Assembly (NCBI GenBank): GCA_030531695.1
Contig: JAUNMV010000005.1
Coordinates: forward strand, 1-54,393
DNA: 54,393 bases
Direction: 5' to 3'
Source of the DNA: Bacilli bacterium
GTDB taxonomy: Bacteria > Bacillota_I > Bacilli_A > RF39 > UBA660
How positions within the stretch are numbered: the stretch's first letter is position 1; each line of letters starts with the position of its first letter. The notes under the pieces were generated by a model. The model made no database searches and had not been told where the DNA came from. It was given only the letters and a program-made list of their open reading frames with translations. This document shows positions 17,351-26,708 of this stretch, piece by piece. The position numbers and the translations under genes are program-made.

Positions 17351-18628
17351 ATGAAAAATTCTCTATTTAAATCAATAATAATATTAATTATAGGTGGCTT
17401 AATATCTAAACTATTAGGTATGATTATTAAAATTATTCTTACAAGATCTATATCAGCATATACCTTAGGTACATATATGATGCTTACACCTACAATACTT
17501 TTAATAATTAATTTATCTGGTTTTGGTATACCTACTGCTATATCTAAATTAGTATCAGATAAAAATTATAATAATAAAAAAATAATAATATCAAACATCT
17601 CTATAGAAATAATAATAATGATTATTCTATTTATAATTGCTCCATATTTATCAAATAATTTATTAAAGAATAAAGAATTATATTTAGGAATAATATCTAT
17701 AGCTTTATTAATACCATTTACTACAATCTCATCTATTATAAAAAGTTATCTATTTGGTAAAAACAAAGTATTCCCAATAACTCTATCAAATATATTAGAG
17801 CAAGTAACTAAATTATTAATATACTTATATTATCTACCTATAATTAAATATAAAAGCACTAAATATATAATAGTATTTTTAATCACAACTAATATATTTG
17901 TTGAAATAATAGAAATAATTATAATGCTTCTATTCTTACCAAAAAATATAGATATAAGAAAAAGAGATTTTATACCTAATCTTTATTATATAAAAAGCTC
18001 ACTATCTATATCTATTCCTAATACTGCATCCTCTCTAATTAGTAGTATAGGTATGTTTTTAGAGCCAATTATACTAACAAATCATCTACATTATATAGGT
18101 TATACTAATAAATATATTACATATAATTATGGAATAATTAATGGTTATGTTATACCTCTAATATTATTACCATCTTTTTTTAATACTTCTATATCAAGTG
18201 CTCTACTTCCAAGAGTATCTAAAGACTATTCAGTTAATAATATAAAAGGAGTAAAAAGAAAATTAAAATTATCATTATTACTCACAATACTAATAGGTTT
18301 TACTACTACAATAATAATTGTATTAATACCTAAATTATTATTAAGATTTATATATCATACAGAATTAGGAGTAAATTATTTAAGAATACTATCCCCTATA
18401 TTTTTTATCTATTATCTGTCTCTTCCTCTGCAAGTAACATTAGAAGCTATAAATAAGAGTAAAATAAATCTTAAATGTACTCTATTTTCTACTATTATTA
18501 GAGTATTATCTTTATTTATATTATCTTATTTTAGAATAGGTTTTTATTCTCTAATAATATCTACATATTTAAATATTATATATACAACTATTTACTTATA
18601 TTTAAAAATAATTAAATATTTATCATAA
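17351..18628 (+). CDS. MOP-superfamily oligosaccharide/lipid II flippase, SpoVB-like
   Basis: Multi-TM protein; LISKLLG, GIPTAISKLVS, SNILEQ, FLEPI, YGIINGY, SSALLPRVS. Confidence 0.75.
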   Translation: MKNSLFKSIIILIIGGLISKLLGMIIKIILTRSISAYTLGTYMMLTPTILLIINLSGFGIPTAISKLVSDKNYNNKKIIISNISIEIIIMIILFIIAPYLSNNLLKNKELYLGIISIALLIPFTTISSIIKSYLFGKNKVFPITLSNILEQVTKLLIYLYYLPIIKYKSTKYIIVFLITTNIFVEIIEIIIMLLFLPKNIDIRKRDFIPNLYYIKSSLSISIPNTASSLISSIGMFLEPIILTNHLHYIGYTNKYITYNYGIINGYVIPLILLPSFFNTSISSALLPRVSKDYSVNNIKGVKRKLKLSLLLTILIGFTTTIIIVLIPKLLLRFIYHTELGVNYLRILSPIFFIYYLSLPLQVTLEAINKSKINLKCTLFSTIIRVLSLFILSYFRIGFYSLIISTYLNIIYTTIYLYLKIIKYLS

Positions 18629-18659
18629 TTTCACATCTATTTCACATTTATTGTATAAT
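18629..18659 (+). promoter_or_regulatory. Tandem direct repeat (OmpR/PhoB-type box) upstream of a TATAAT -10
   Basis: TTTCACAT at 18629-18636 and 18640-18647 (11-bp period), TATAAT at 18654-18659. Confidence 0.55.
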
Positions 18660-18680
18660 ATTTATCTAGGAGGAAACCTT

Positions 18681-19349
18681 ATGAAAATATTAATTGTAGA
18701 TGATGAAGATAAAATAAGAGAAGTAATTAAAGAATATCTAGAAGCTAATAATTATACTTGTAATGAAACAGATAATGGCGAAAAAGCTTTAGAATTATTA
18801 AAGAAAAATGATTATGACTTATTAGTACTAGATATAATGATGCCTAAAATGGATGGCTTTGAAGTACTAAAACAATTACCAAAAGAATTTAGAATACCAA
18901 CTATTATATTATCTGCAAGAAGTGAAGAATTAGATAAACTACAAGGATTTGATTTAGGAATAGATGATTATTTAACAAAACCATTCTCACCTAAAGAATT
19001 AGTTGCTAGAGTAAAAGCTATTTTAAATCGTACTAATAATATTCAAGATATTTATAAATTAGATACATTAGAATTAAACTACTCTTCTCATACTTTAAAA
19101 ATAGATAATAAATTAATAGAAGTAACACCTAAAGAATTTGAACTATTAAGTTATCTAATAAAGAACAAAGATATAGCAGTATCTAGAGAACAATTATTAT
19201 CTAAAATATGGGGATATGATTATTTTGGAGATGATAGAACTATAGATACACATATGAAGATGTTAAGAAGTAACTTAGGAAAATATAGAGATCATATAAA
19301 AACAGTAAGAGGAATAGGATATAAATTTATAGAAGATGAAAAAGAATAG
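18681..19349 (+). CDS. OmpR/PhoB-family response regulator
   Basis: ILIVDDE, LDIMMP, DDYLTKPF, TPKEFELL, RTIDTH, TVRGIGY; ATG 18681 after GGAGG. Confidence 0.93.
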   Translation: MKILIVDDEDKIREVIKEYLEANNYTCNETDNGEKALELLKKNDYDLLVLDIMMPKMDGFEVLKQLPKEFRIPTIILSARSEELDKLQGFDLGIDDYLTKPFSPKELVARVKAILNRTNNIQDIYKLDTLELNYSSHTLKIDNKLIEVTPKEFELLSYLIKNKDIAVSREQLLSKIWGYDYFGDDRTIDTHMKMLRSNLGKYRDHIKTVRGIGYKFIEDEKE

Positions 19350-20718
19350 TCTAAATCTAGAAATATGGAAATACTTCTTAATATTCTCTATCTTAATACT
19401 ATCAATACTATGGTCATTTCAAGTACTATTCTTTGATAAATATTATGAGTACTCTAAAATACAAGATGCTAAACATGTAGCTAATATTATTAAAAATACT
19501 AATAATGATAATCTAGCAAATACAATTAATAAAGCTTCTTTAGAAAAAGAAGTATGTATAGAAATATCAGATGATGGAGCACTTCCTCTATACTCATCTA
19601 CATATAGAGGTAAAGGCTGTTTAATTGGAGATATAAATAGTTTATTTTATAAAAGTGATTTTATAAACTCTAATACTACTAATAAAACATATAAAGTAAG
19701 AAATCCTTATTATAAGAACGAAACATTCGTCTATGCAATTAAACTAAATAATAATAACTATGCTTTTATAAATACATCAATAGATGCTGTAGATGGTACT
19801 GCCTCTATCCTAACAAAACAATTAATATTTATAACTTTTATAGTATTAATTCTTTCTTTTATAATATCTTATTATATTTCTAAACATATATCTAAACCAA
19901 TAATAGAAATAAATGAAAAAGCTAAATTAATATCTAAAAACAAAATAATAGATTTTAATACAGATACTAAGATTAATGAATTAAATGAATTATCTAAAAC
20001 ACTAGAAAGTGCCAATATAGAATTAAATAAAACAGATGAATTAAGAAGAGATTTAATGGCTAATGTATCTCATGATTTAAAAACACCACTTACTATGATT
20101 AAAGCTTATGCTGAAATGTCAGTAGATCTACATAGTAATAATAAAGAAAAACAAGAAGAAGATATGAAAACTATAATTGATGAAACAGATAGATTATCTA
20201 ACTTAGTAGGAGATATACTTACTCTATCTAAGATGCAATCTAATATGGAAGAATTAAATATAGAAGAATTTAATCTAATAGAATTAATAGATAATATTCT
20301 AAATAAATATAAATATTTAGAAGAATTAGAAAATTACCATTTTAACTTTATACATAAGAATAAAAGCATCATAGTAAAAGCAGATAAATCTAAGTTAGAA
20401 CAAGTTATCTATAATCTAGTAAATAATGCCATTAATTATACTGGTGATGATAATACAGTAACAATAAAAGTAACTTCTAAAGAAGATATCAAAGTAGAAA
20501 TAATAGATACAGGTAAAGGTATAAAAGAAGAAGATATTCCATATATCTGGGATAAATATTTTAAAAACAAAAAGAAACATAAAAGAAATCTAATAGGTAC
20601 TGGTTTAGGTCTATCTATAGTAAAACAAATATTAGAAGCACATAACTATAAGTATGGAATAGATTCTACTCTAAATAAAGGTACTACATTCTATTTCTAC
20701 ATAAAAAAAGAAGACTAA
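19336..20718 (+). CDS. Sensor histidine kinase (2 TM, HAMP, HisKA, HATPase)
   Basis: SHDLKTPLT, NLVNNAINY, DTGKGI, GTGLGLSIV. Confidence 0.93.
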   Translation: MKKNSLNLEIWKYFLIFSILILSILWSFQVLFFDKYYEYSKIQDAKHVANIIKNTNNDNLANTINKASLEKEVCIEISDDGALPLYSSTYRGKGCLIGDINSLFYKSDFINSNTTNKTYKVRNPYYKNETFVYAIKLNNNNYAFINTSIDAVDGTASILTKQLIFITFIVLILSFIISYYISKHISKPIIEINEKAKLISKNKIIDFNTDTKINELNELSKTLESANIELNKTDELRRDLMANVSHDLKTPLTMIKAYAEMSVDLHSNNKEKQEEDMKTIIDETDRLSNLVGDILTLSKMQSNMEELNIEEFNLIELIDNILNKYKYLEELENYHFNFIHKNKSIIVKADKSKLEQVIYNLVNNAINYTGDDNTVTIKVTSKEDIKVEIIDTGKGIKEEDIPYIWDKYFKNKKKHKRNLIGTGLGLSIVKQILEAHNYKYGIDSTLNKGTTFYFYIKKED

Positions 20719-20736
20719 TTTAGTCTTCTTTTCTTT
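20703..20736. terminator. Bidirectional terminator between the kinase gene and helD
   Basis: aaaagaagacta-att-tagtcttctttt with A and T tracts on either side. Confidence 0.75.
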
Positions 20737-22767
20737 CTAATTATAAATAATAAGTTCATGTTGACATCTAGTACAAGCTACATATAATAAATTTCTTTCA
20801 TTAGACTTATATGTATTATCTCTATCATTATAGACTATAACACTATCAAATTCTAATCCCTTCGCAACATATGCTGGAATAATTATAAGTTCCTTACTAA
20901 ACTTAACACTATTAGCCGCAACTAAACTAATATTAATATCATTACCAATCAAATTATAAATCTTCTCTGCTTCTTTATCATCCTTAGTAATAATAGCACA
21001 GCTCTTATAATTATCAGTTAAATACTTAATATCTTTAAGTAAACTTTCTTTAAAATTATCTGGATTCTTACGCATAAGTACAGGCTTATTATTATCTCTT
21101 CTTATCGCATTAACGTGATTTAATCCTAAAATTTTATTTGTATAATTAATAATTTCAGGAGAAGATCTATAAGTCTTTAATAATTCTAGATATATACTAC
21201 TTCCCTTAAATATAGAAGTAAGACTTTCTAATGAATCATATGCATAATATGGATTAATATTTTGATTAATATCTCCAAGGATGGTGAAGTCTGCTCTACC
21301 AAATATCTTATTAATAATAATATATTGAAGTCTATTATAATCTTGTGCTTCATCTATAACTACTTGTTTAATACTATTCTCATATTTAAATCCTTCTAGA
21401 TTACCTTTAACATAGGTAAATAGTAATGCATCTTCATAATTAATAATCTTTTTATTAATAAATTTATCAATATCTTCTTCTTTTAATTTAATCTTACAAT
21501 AATCACTTAACCAAAAGTTCTTATATATAGCTTTATAATCTTTATCAAAATTACTATTTTCTCTTAATAGCTTTCTAAAAGTAGCATTCTTCTTACCACT
21601 ACCCTTATAGAAGTTAGAAGATAATTTCTTCGCAATCTCATCAAGTCTTTCAAATAAAGGAAATCTATCATACTTATAATGTAACATTTCATTTACTTCA
21701 TCTTTATCTACTTTATTAATTTCTCCTTCAATAAAGTCACTAGTAATACGACAATTACTAATATAGTCTTTAATATAATTATCTAAGTCTTCAATAATAT
21801 CATCACTTTGTTTATATTTAACAAGTTCTGTATTAACTTCAGTATAACTATAATATCTAGATACAAAGTCAGTGAATGATTCTACTCCTTTATATTCATT
21901 AATCATAGATTGCATATAATCATTAAATGTAGTTTGTAATGTATTAGCTTCTCCTAAAGATGGTAAAACATCGGAAATGTACTCTGCAAAGATATTATTA
22001 GGTGAAAAAATCAATATGTTATTACTAGTAAGATTTTCCATTCTATAAAGTAAGAATGCTATTCTATGAAGTGCTACTGTAGTCTTACCAGATCCTGCAA
22101 TACCTTGTACTATTAAGTTATTATCTTCCATATTACGTATTACTTTATTCTGTTCTTGTTGTATCGTATTAACAACATTCTTCATCTTCTCACTAGACTC
22201 AGTTGCGAGTACTTCTTGTAGTACTTCATCATCAATATTCAAAGAGTTATCAAATACTCCAATAAGTTTTCGATTCTCAATCTTATATTGTCTCTTTCTT
22301 TTTAATTCTCCAGTTTGTATACCACCAGGAGCTTTATAAGAACAAGGACCAGTCTCATAATCATAGAATAAACTACATATTGGACTTCTCCAGTCATATA
22401 AAATATTATTTAAGTCTTTATCCTTTAAGTAAGTAAGAGAAATATAAATATTAAATATTTTACCTTCATCGTCTTTAAAAACAATTGATGCGAAATATGG
22501 TTTATCTTTTATACCTAGAAGTTTTCTAAAGTAAGCTCTCTTCATAAATACCTTATTAGCTTCTAAAGCAGTAGCGGCCATTACTTGTTGCATCTCACCA
22601 TTATCGAAACTAGATGCATCTTCCCATACCATCTTCTTAAATTCAGTAAGACCTTCTTCTTTATCAAATACATCTTCTCCTAAATCATCAAGTGTCTTAT
22701 CAAGTAACTTTTGAACCTTATTAAGTATCTTAACCTCTTTTTGATACTCAACTTCACTAATCGCCAT
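20737..22767 (-). CDS. helD: HelD-like SF1 helicase-family RNA polymerase recycling factor
   Basis: PYFA, DWRSP, TIQQEQ, QGIAGSGKTT.ALHRIAFLLY, DEAQD, YRSS, AKGLEFD, YVACTR. Confidence 0.8.
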   Translation of the reverse strand: MAISEVEYQKEVKILNKVQKLLDKTLDDLGEDVFDKEEGLTEFKKMVWEDASSFDNGEMQQVMAATALEANKVFMKRAYFRKLLGIKDKPYFASIVFKDDEGKIFNIYISLTYLKDKDLNNILYDWRSPICSLFYDYETGPCSYKAPGGIQTGELKRKRQYKIENRKLIGVFDNSLNIDDEVLQEVLATESSEKMKNVVNTIQQEQNKVIRNMEDNNLIVQGIAGSGKTTVALHRIAFLLYRMENLTSNNILIFSPNNIFAEYISDVLPSLGEANTLQTTFNDYMQSMINEYKGVESFTDFVSRYYSYTEVNTELVKYKQSDDIIEDLDNYIKDYISNCRITSDFIEGEINKVDKDEVNEMLHYKYDRFPLFERLDEIAKKLSSNFYKGSGKKNATFRKLLRENSNFDKDYKAIYKNFWLSDYCKIKLKEEDIDKFINKKIINYEDALLFTYVKGNLEGFKYENSIKQVVIDEAQDYNRLQYIIINKIFGRADFTILGDINQNINPYYAYDSLESLTSIFKGSSIYLELLKTYRSSPEIINYTNKILGLNHVNAIRRDNNKPVLMRKNPDNFKESLLKDIKYLTDNYKSCAIITKDDKEAEKIYNLIGNDINISLVAANSVKFSKELIIIPAYVAKGLEFDSVIVYNDRDNTYKSNERNLLYVACTRCQHELIIYN

Positions 22768-22812
22768 AAATATACCTCCTCCTAATCAATTCTTTTAAAA
22801 CTAAACAACGAC

Positions 22813-22877
22813 AAAAACTACATATTTCTATGTAGTAGTACTATAAATATATAGATTTTTGCCAAACGTCTACTACA
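22813..22877 (-). promoter_or_regulatory. Structured helD leader with terminator-like hairpin and alternative pairing
   Basis: Minus-strand ACTACATA-GAAA-TATGTAGT-TTTT (22813-22836); 22870-22877 is complementary to 22831-22838. Confidence 0.45.
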
Positions 22878-22923
22878 CTATAACATATTTATATTTTCAT
22901 TACAAGAACAATTATAACAAAAT

Positions 22924-22958
22924 AAAAGAAACAAGAGTATTAGAACTCTTATTTCTTT
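22924..22958 (-). terminator. Intrinsic terminator
   Basis: aaagaaacaagagt...actcttatttcttt imperfect hairpin after the 22971 stop. Confidence 0.6.
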
Positions 22959-22970
22959 ACGAATGTTTAC

Positions 22971-23843
22971 TTAATTAGTTTTAGTTAAAACTACACTCTT
23001 TAAATACTTACCATCAGTGTATGTAAATATAAATGAACCTATTTCTCCATTAACTGCATAATAATTACCTGTAATCTCATTAACAGTTTTTGAACTAATT
23101 ACAAAAAATATTTCATTACTTGGACCTGTTCTATTCCAACAAACATGTTTTCCATCATTAACAGAGGCATATGAAGTACATAAATCATATACAGCACCAC
23201 CCCAAGTATTACCACTAACAGTAGTATCAAAATCATAATTATTACCATAAATAGAAATAAACATATTTTTATAAACATCAAATTCAACAACAGATGATGG
23301 CTGTATATCTCTGTCAGTAGTACTTCTAGACATGCCAGAATAATCTAAAGATTTGCTGGTAAACATCAATCTAACAGTTGCACTATCTAAAATATTACTT
23401 CCATTAAATCCTTCATTTGGTTGATAAAAAGCTAAAAATAAAGCTAAATTTTTTATATCAGGATCAACCTCATAATTTGAAAAATCTATTCCCCCAAAAA
23501 CCGGTTTATATGAATCACTAGATTCTACAGCAGTGTTGTTACTATTATCTACAATACTATTACCTTTACTATTAGAACTATTATCATCAGAAGTGTTTGT
23601 ATTACTTGTATCTTTATTACTAGTACTAAAAGGAGACTTTGTATGACCAGTCTTACTTGTACCATCAAAAGACTTAATCCAGAATATTCCAATACCTATA
23701 GACATAACTAAAATAAAAGTAACTAAACCTATTACTAATATAATTGCAGTTTTCTTTTTACTTTTATTAGGTTCTTGAACAACAGCTTCTTCTATTTTAT
23801 TTTCTTCATTATTATTAAATTCATTATTTTCCATCTTAATCAC
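22971..23843 (-). CDS. Hypothetical membrane-anchored surface protein with Ser/Thr/Asn-rich stalk
   Basis: KSKKK followed by a TM helix, S/T/N-rich linker, and a C-terminal domain with two Cys. Confidence 0.65.
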   Translation of the reverse strand: MIKMENNEFNNNEENKIEEAVVQEPNKSKKKTAIILVIGLVTFILVMSIGIGIFWIKSFDGTSKTGHTKSPFSTSNKDTSNTNTSDDNSSNSKGNSIVDNSNNTAVESSDSYKPVFGGIDFSNYEVDPDIKNLALFLAFYQPNEGFNGSNILDSATVRLMFTSKSLDYSGMSRSTTDRDIQPSSVVEFDVYKNMFISIYGNNYDFDTTVSGNTWGGAVYDLCTSYASVNDGKHVCWNRTGPSNEIFFVISSKTVNEITGNYYAVNGEIGSFIFTYTDGKYLKSVVLTKTN

Positions 23844-23932
23844 TCCATCTTAATTCTACCATATAAACAATAATATACTAATAATACTTAATAAACTTAT
23901 TATTTTTGACGTAAAAAAAAGTAGGATTTCTC

Positions 23933-25309
23933 CTACTTATTTAATTCTTCAATTTTTCCTACAAATTCGTTTTGAAGTTCTTCAAGTCTTTCCTTAGTAC
24001 TTGCTTCGAATCTAGCAGTTAAGTTAGGTCCTGTATTACTTGCACGAACTAAAGCCCATCCATCATCGAATAATACTTTAACTCCGTCTATTGTTATATA
24101 TTTATAACCTTTACTTTCTGCATATTCTCCAATTTTATCTACTACTCCAAATTTAACAGTATCAGGAGAAGCAAATTTTAATTCTTCAGTAGAATAATAT
24201 TCATTAATTCCTTCAAGTAATCCTTCAACAGACTTATCAGTATTAGATAATATTTCTAACATTCTAAGGCCAGCATATAATCCTGAATCAAATCCAGGCC
24301 ATCTATCTCTAAAGTAAACATGTCCTGATAACTCTCCACCAAATGGTAAATCATCATCTCTAACTTTAGCTTTAGTATAAGAGTTACCTGTTCTATAACA
24401 AATACCCTCTCCACCTAATCTTTCTATTTCATCACTAAGTGATTTACTACACTTAACATCATATAAGAACTTCTTATTAGCAACTTTATTAATAATATCT
24501 CTTACTACGATAATCATATATTTATCTGTAGGAATAAAAGTACCATTAGAAGTAACTAATCCCATTCTATCTCCATCACCATCGAATGCAAGACCTATAT
24601 CTGCTCCATTCTCAATAACTGCTTTCTTTAATTGATCAAGATTCTTCTCAACACAAGGATCTGGATGGTGATTTGGGAAATGTCCATCACTTTCTTCATT
24701 AATACAAATTAAATCAATTGGGAACATTTCATATAATTCACGAGCTAGTATTGCAGTTGTACCATTTCCAGGATCAATAACTGCTTTAACTCTTCTATTT
24801 CCAAAATTAAAATTAGTACTAAACAATTCAAAATAATCAGGACGAATATCATAAGTCTCACAAGTAGCTTCTCCTGTAGTAAAATCGTTCTTTAATATAT
24901 AAGCTAAGAAATCTTGAATTTCTTGTCCTTTACAATTACCAGATTCATCAAAAGCAAACTTAAATCCATTATCATCTTTAGGATTATGACTAGCAGTAAC
25001 CATTACACCACTATATACTTTTAACTTAATACAAGCATAATAATACATAGGAGTAGTAACAAGTCCTAAACTAATAATATTAATACCAGACTCCATAATA
25101 CCAGTCTTTAATGCTTCATATAGTTCTTCGCTACTTAATCTATTATCATGTCCAATTACTGCATGAGTCTTACCAATAGACTTAATATAACTACCAAATC
25201 CACGTCCAATAGTATATGCTGTATCACTATCTATTTCAGAAGGATATATACCTCTAATATCATAACCCCTAAATATATTCTTATTGATGTCTTGTTTGTA
25301 CTTGTACAT
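23933..25309 (-). CDS. Phosphomannomutase/phosphoglucomutase
   Basis: FRGYDIRG, TASHNP, FPNHHPDP, FDGDGDR, GELSGH, VRASNT. Confidence 0.93.
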   Translation of the reverse strand: MYKYKQDINKNIFRGYDIRGIYPSEIDSDTAYTIGRGFGSYIKSIGKTHAVIGHDNRLSSEELYEALKTGIMESGINIISLGLVTTPMYYYACIKLKVYSGVMVTASHNPKDDNGFKFAFDESGNCKGQEIQDFLAYILKNDFTTGEATCETYDIRPDYFELFSTNFNFGNRRVKAVIDPGNGTTAILARELYEMFPIDLICINEESDGHFPNHHPDPCVEKNLDQLKKAVIENGADIGLAFDGDGDRMGLVTSNGTFIPTDKYMIIVVRDIINKVANKKFLYDVKCSKSLSDEIERLGGEGICYRTGNSYTKAKVRDDDLPFGGELSGHVYFRDRWPGFDSGLYAGLRMLEILSNTDKSVEGLLEGINEYYSTEELKFASPDTVKFGVVDKIGEYAESKGYKYITIDGVKVLFDDGWALVRASNTGPNLTARFEASTKERLEELQNEFVGKIEELNK

Positions 25310-25874
25310 TACTATTCACTCCATTCTTTAATCTCTTAAGAGTACAATCTAAGTTATATTGAAATAATTCTACTAATGGTTCTCTATATCTAACATCTAA
25401 CTTATCATCATTAATTCTTTTATCAATATAAGCTACATAAAGATCTTTAATTCCTTTTACTAAAAATAAACCATCATTTAAATAGAACCCACTATCAATA
25501 CTATTCTTTAATTCCATCTCATCTACTTTAGTAGATATAATCTTATAGAAATCACTTTTAATAAATGAAGTTTTTTTATTTCTTTCTCTCAACTCTAAGA
25601 ATTCTCTTAAAAACTTAGAGTCTATATCAACGATATGATCATCCATTATCTTCTTACTAATATCTACTACAGGAGATGAACTAGAAGGCTTAGTAGTTGC
25701 GATTAGTAATAGTCTAGCTACTTCTTCTTTAACTAAAGAATCACCATCTTCTGAACCAAAAGACAAATACTTTCTAATTTCACTTTCATTTTCCATTTTA
25801 GTCATTCTATCTAGACAAATAGATAACCCATCTAATAAAACTCCACTATCAGTAAATCTCTTCATTCTCTTCAC
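25281..25874 (-). CDS. Hypothetical protein
   Basis: 197-aa ORF co-oriented with neighbours, overlapping the mutase start by 29 nt; no recognised motif. Confidence 0.55.
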   Translation of the reverse strand: MKRMKRFTDSGVLLDGLSICLDRMTKMENESEIRKYLSFGSEDGDSLVKEEVARLLLIATTKPSSSSPVVDISKKIMDDHIVDIDSKFLREFLELRERNKKTSFIKSDFYKIISTKVDEMELKNSIDSGFYLNDGLFLVKGIKDLYVAYIDKRINDDKLDVRYREPLVELFQYNLDCTLKRLKNGVNSNVQVQTRHQ

Positions 25875-25917
25875 CTTCTAATATAATGTTAACATATAAA
25901 TAAAATAAAAGACAAGA

Positions 25918-26664
25918 TTATTTATTTCTTGCCTTAGTCTTAGTCTTAATCTTATCTAACTCATTTTTAACATTATCTAATACTTTAGTAATCTTTTCTA
26001 TTCTAGGACCATTCAATTTTTCAAGGTCTGGGAAAGATTTAAATAAACGTCCCGTTAAAACATTATAATTCTTTAAGAATTCAGATACTTCTTTTTTAAT
26101 TTCACTAGTCGCATCTTTCTTAGTAATCTTCATAATATTAGCTTTTAATCCAAATAGAATTCTAGTAGATACAACGAAATCTGTTAAGAATAAACATAAA
26201 AGTATAGATGAAAAAATCATTATAAATATAGGTTGAGTATTATAAACTACTTTAGATACTATTGGATATAATACTTTAACTATCCATAGTCCTCCAAATC
26301 CAAATAATACTCCATTCAATAAACATACTCTACCATTAATATTAAATTTCTTATCAGAATAATCCCACCATCTAAGATGAAATATTTTCTCTAATATATA
26401 ACTAGTAAGATATTCAATCACAGTACAGTAAACCATACTTAGTATAAATAGTGTTAGTGGATCATTACTATATCTACCTAATGTATAACTAATTAGTATT
26501 CCACCAGTACCATATATAGGTAAATAAGGTCCTATTAAGAAACCTCTATTCCATACAGGTTTACCTTTTTTTATAGTACAATACATTACTTCCGCAATAT
26601 AACCAATTACAGAATATATAAAAAACACTAAAAATAAACATAGTATACTATACAAGCATCTCAC
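25918..26664 (-). CDS. Putative ABC transporter type IV permease (CmpB/DUF1113-like)
   Basis: NRGFLIGPYLPIYG, EYLTSYILEKIF, WWDYSDKKFNINGRVCL. Confidence 0.85.
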   Translation of the reverse strand: MRCLYSILCLFLVFFIYSVIGYIAEVMYCTIKKGKPVWNRGFLIGPYLPIYGTGGILISYTLGRYSNDPLTLFILSMVYCTVIEYLTSYILEKIFHLRWWDYSDKKFNINGRVCLLNGVLFGFGGLWIVKVLYPIVSKVVYNTQPIFIMIFSSILLCLFLTDFVVSTRILFGLKANIMKITKKDATSEIKKEVSEFLKNYNVLTGRLFKSFPDLEKLNGPRIEKITKVLDNVKNELDKIKTKTKARNK

Positions 26665-26708
26665 CTCTAACTAATTATATTACTTGAATTATTAAATAAT
26701 GTAAAGTT

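Noticed and set aside
23099-23290. 63-aa hydrophobic minus-strand ORF
   Set aside because: Alternative frame nested inside 22971-23843; hydrophobicity is expected from AT-rich off-frame reading.
25148-25339. 63-aa plus-strand ORF
   Set aside because: Antisense to the phosphomannomutase; no recognisable features.
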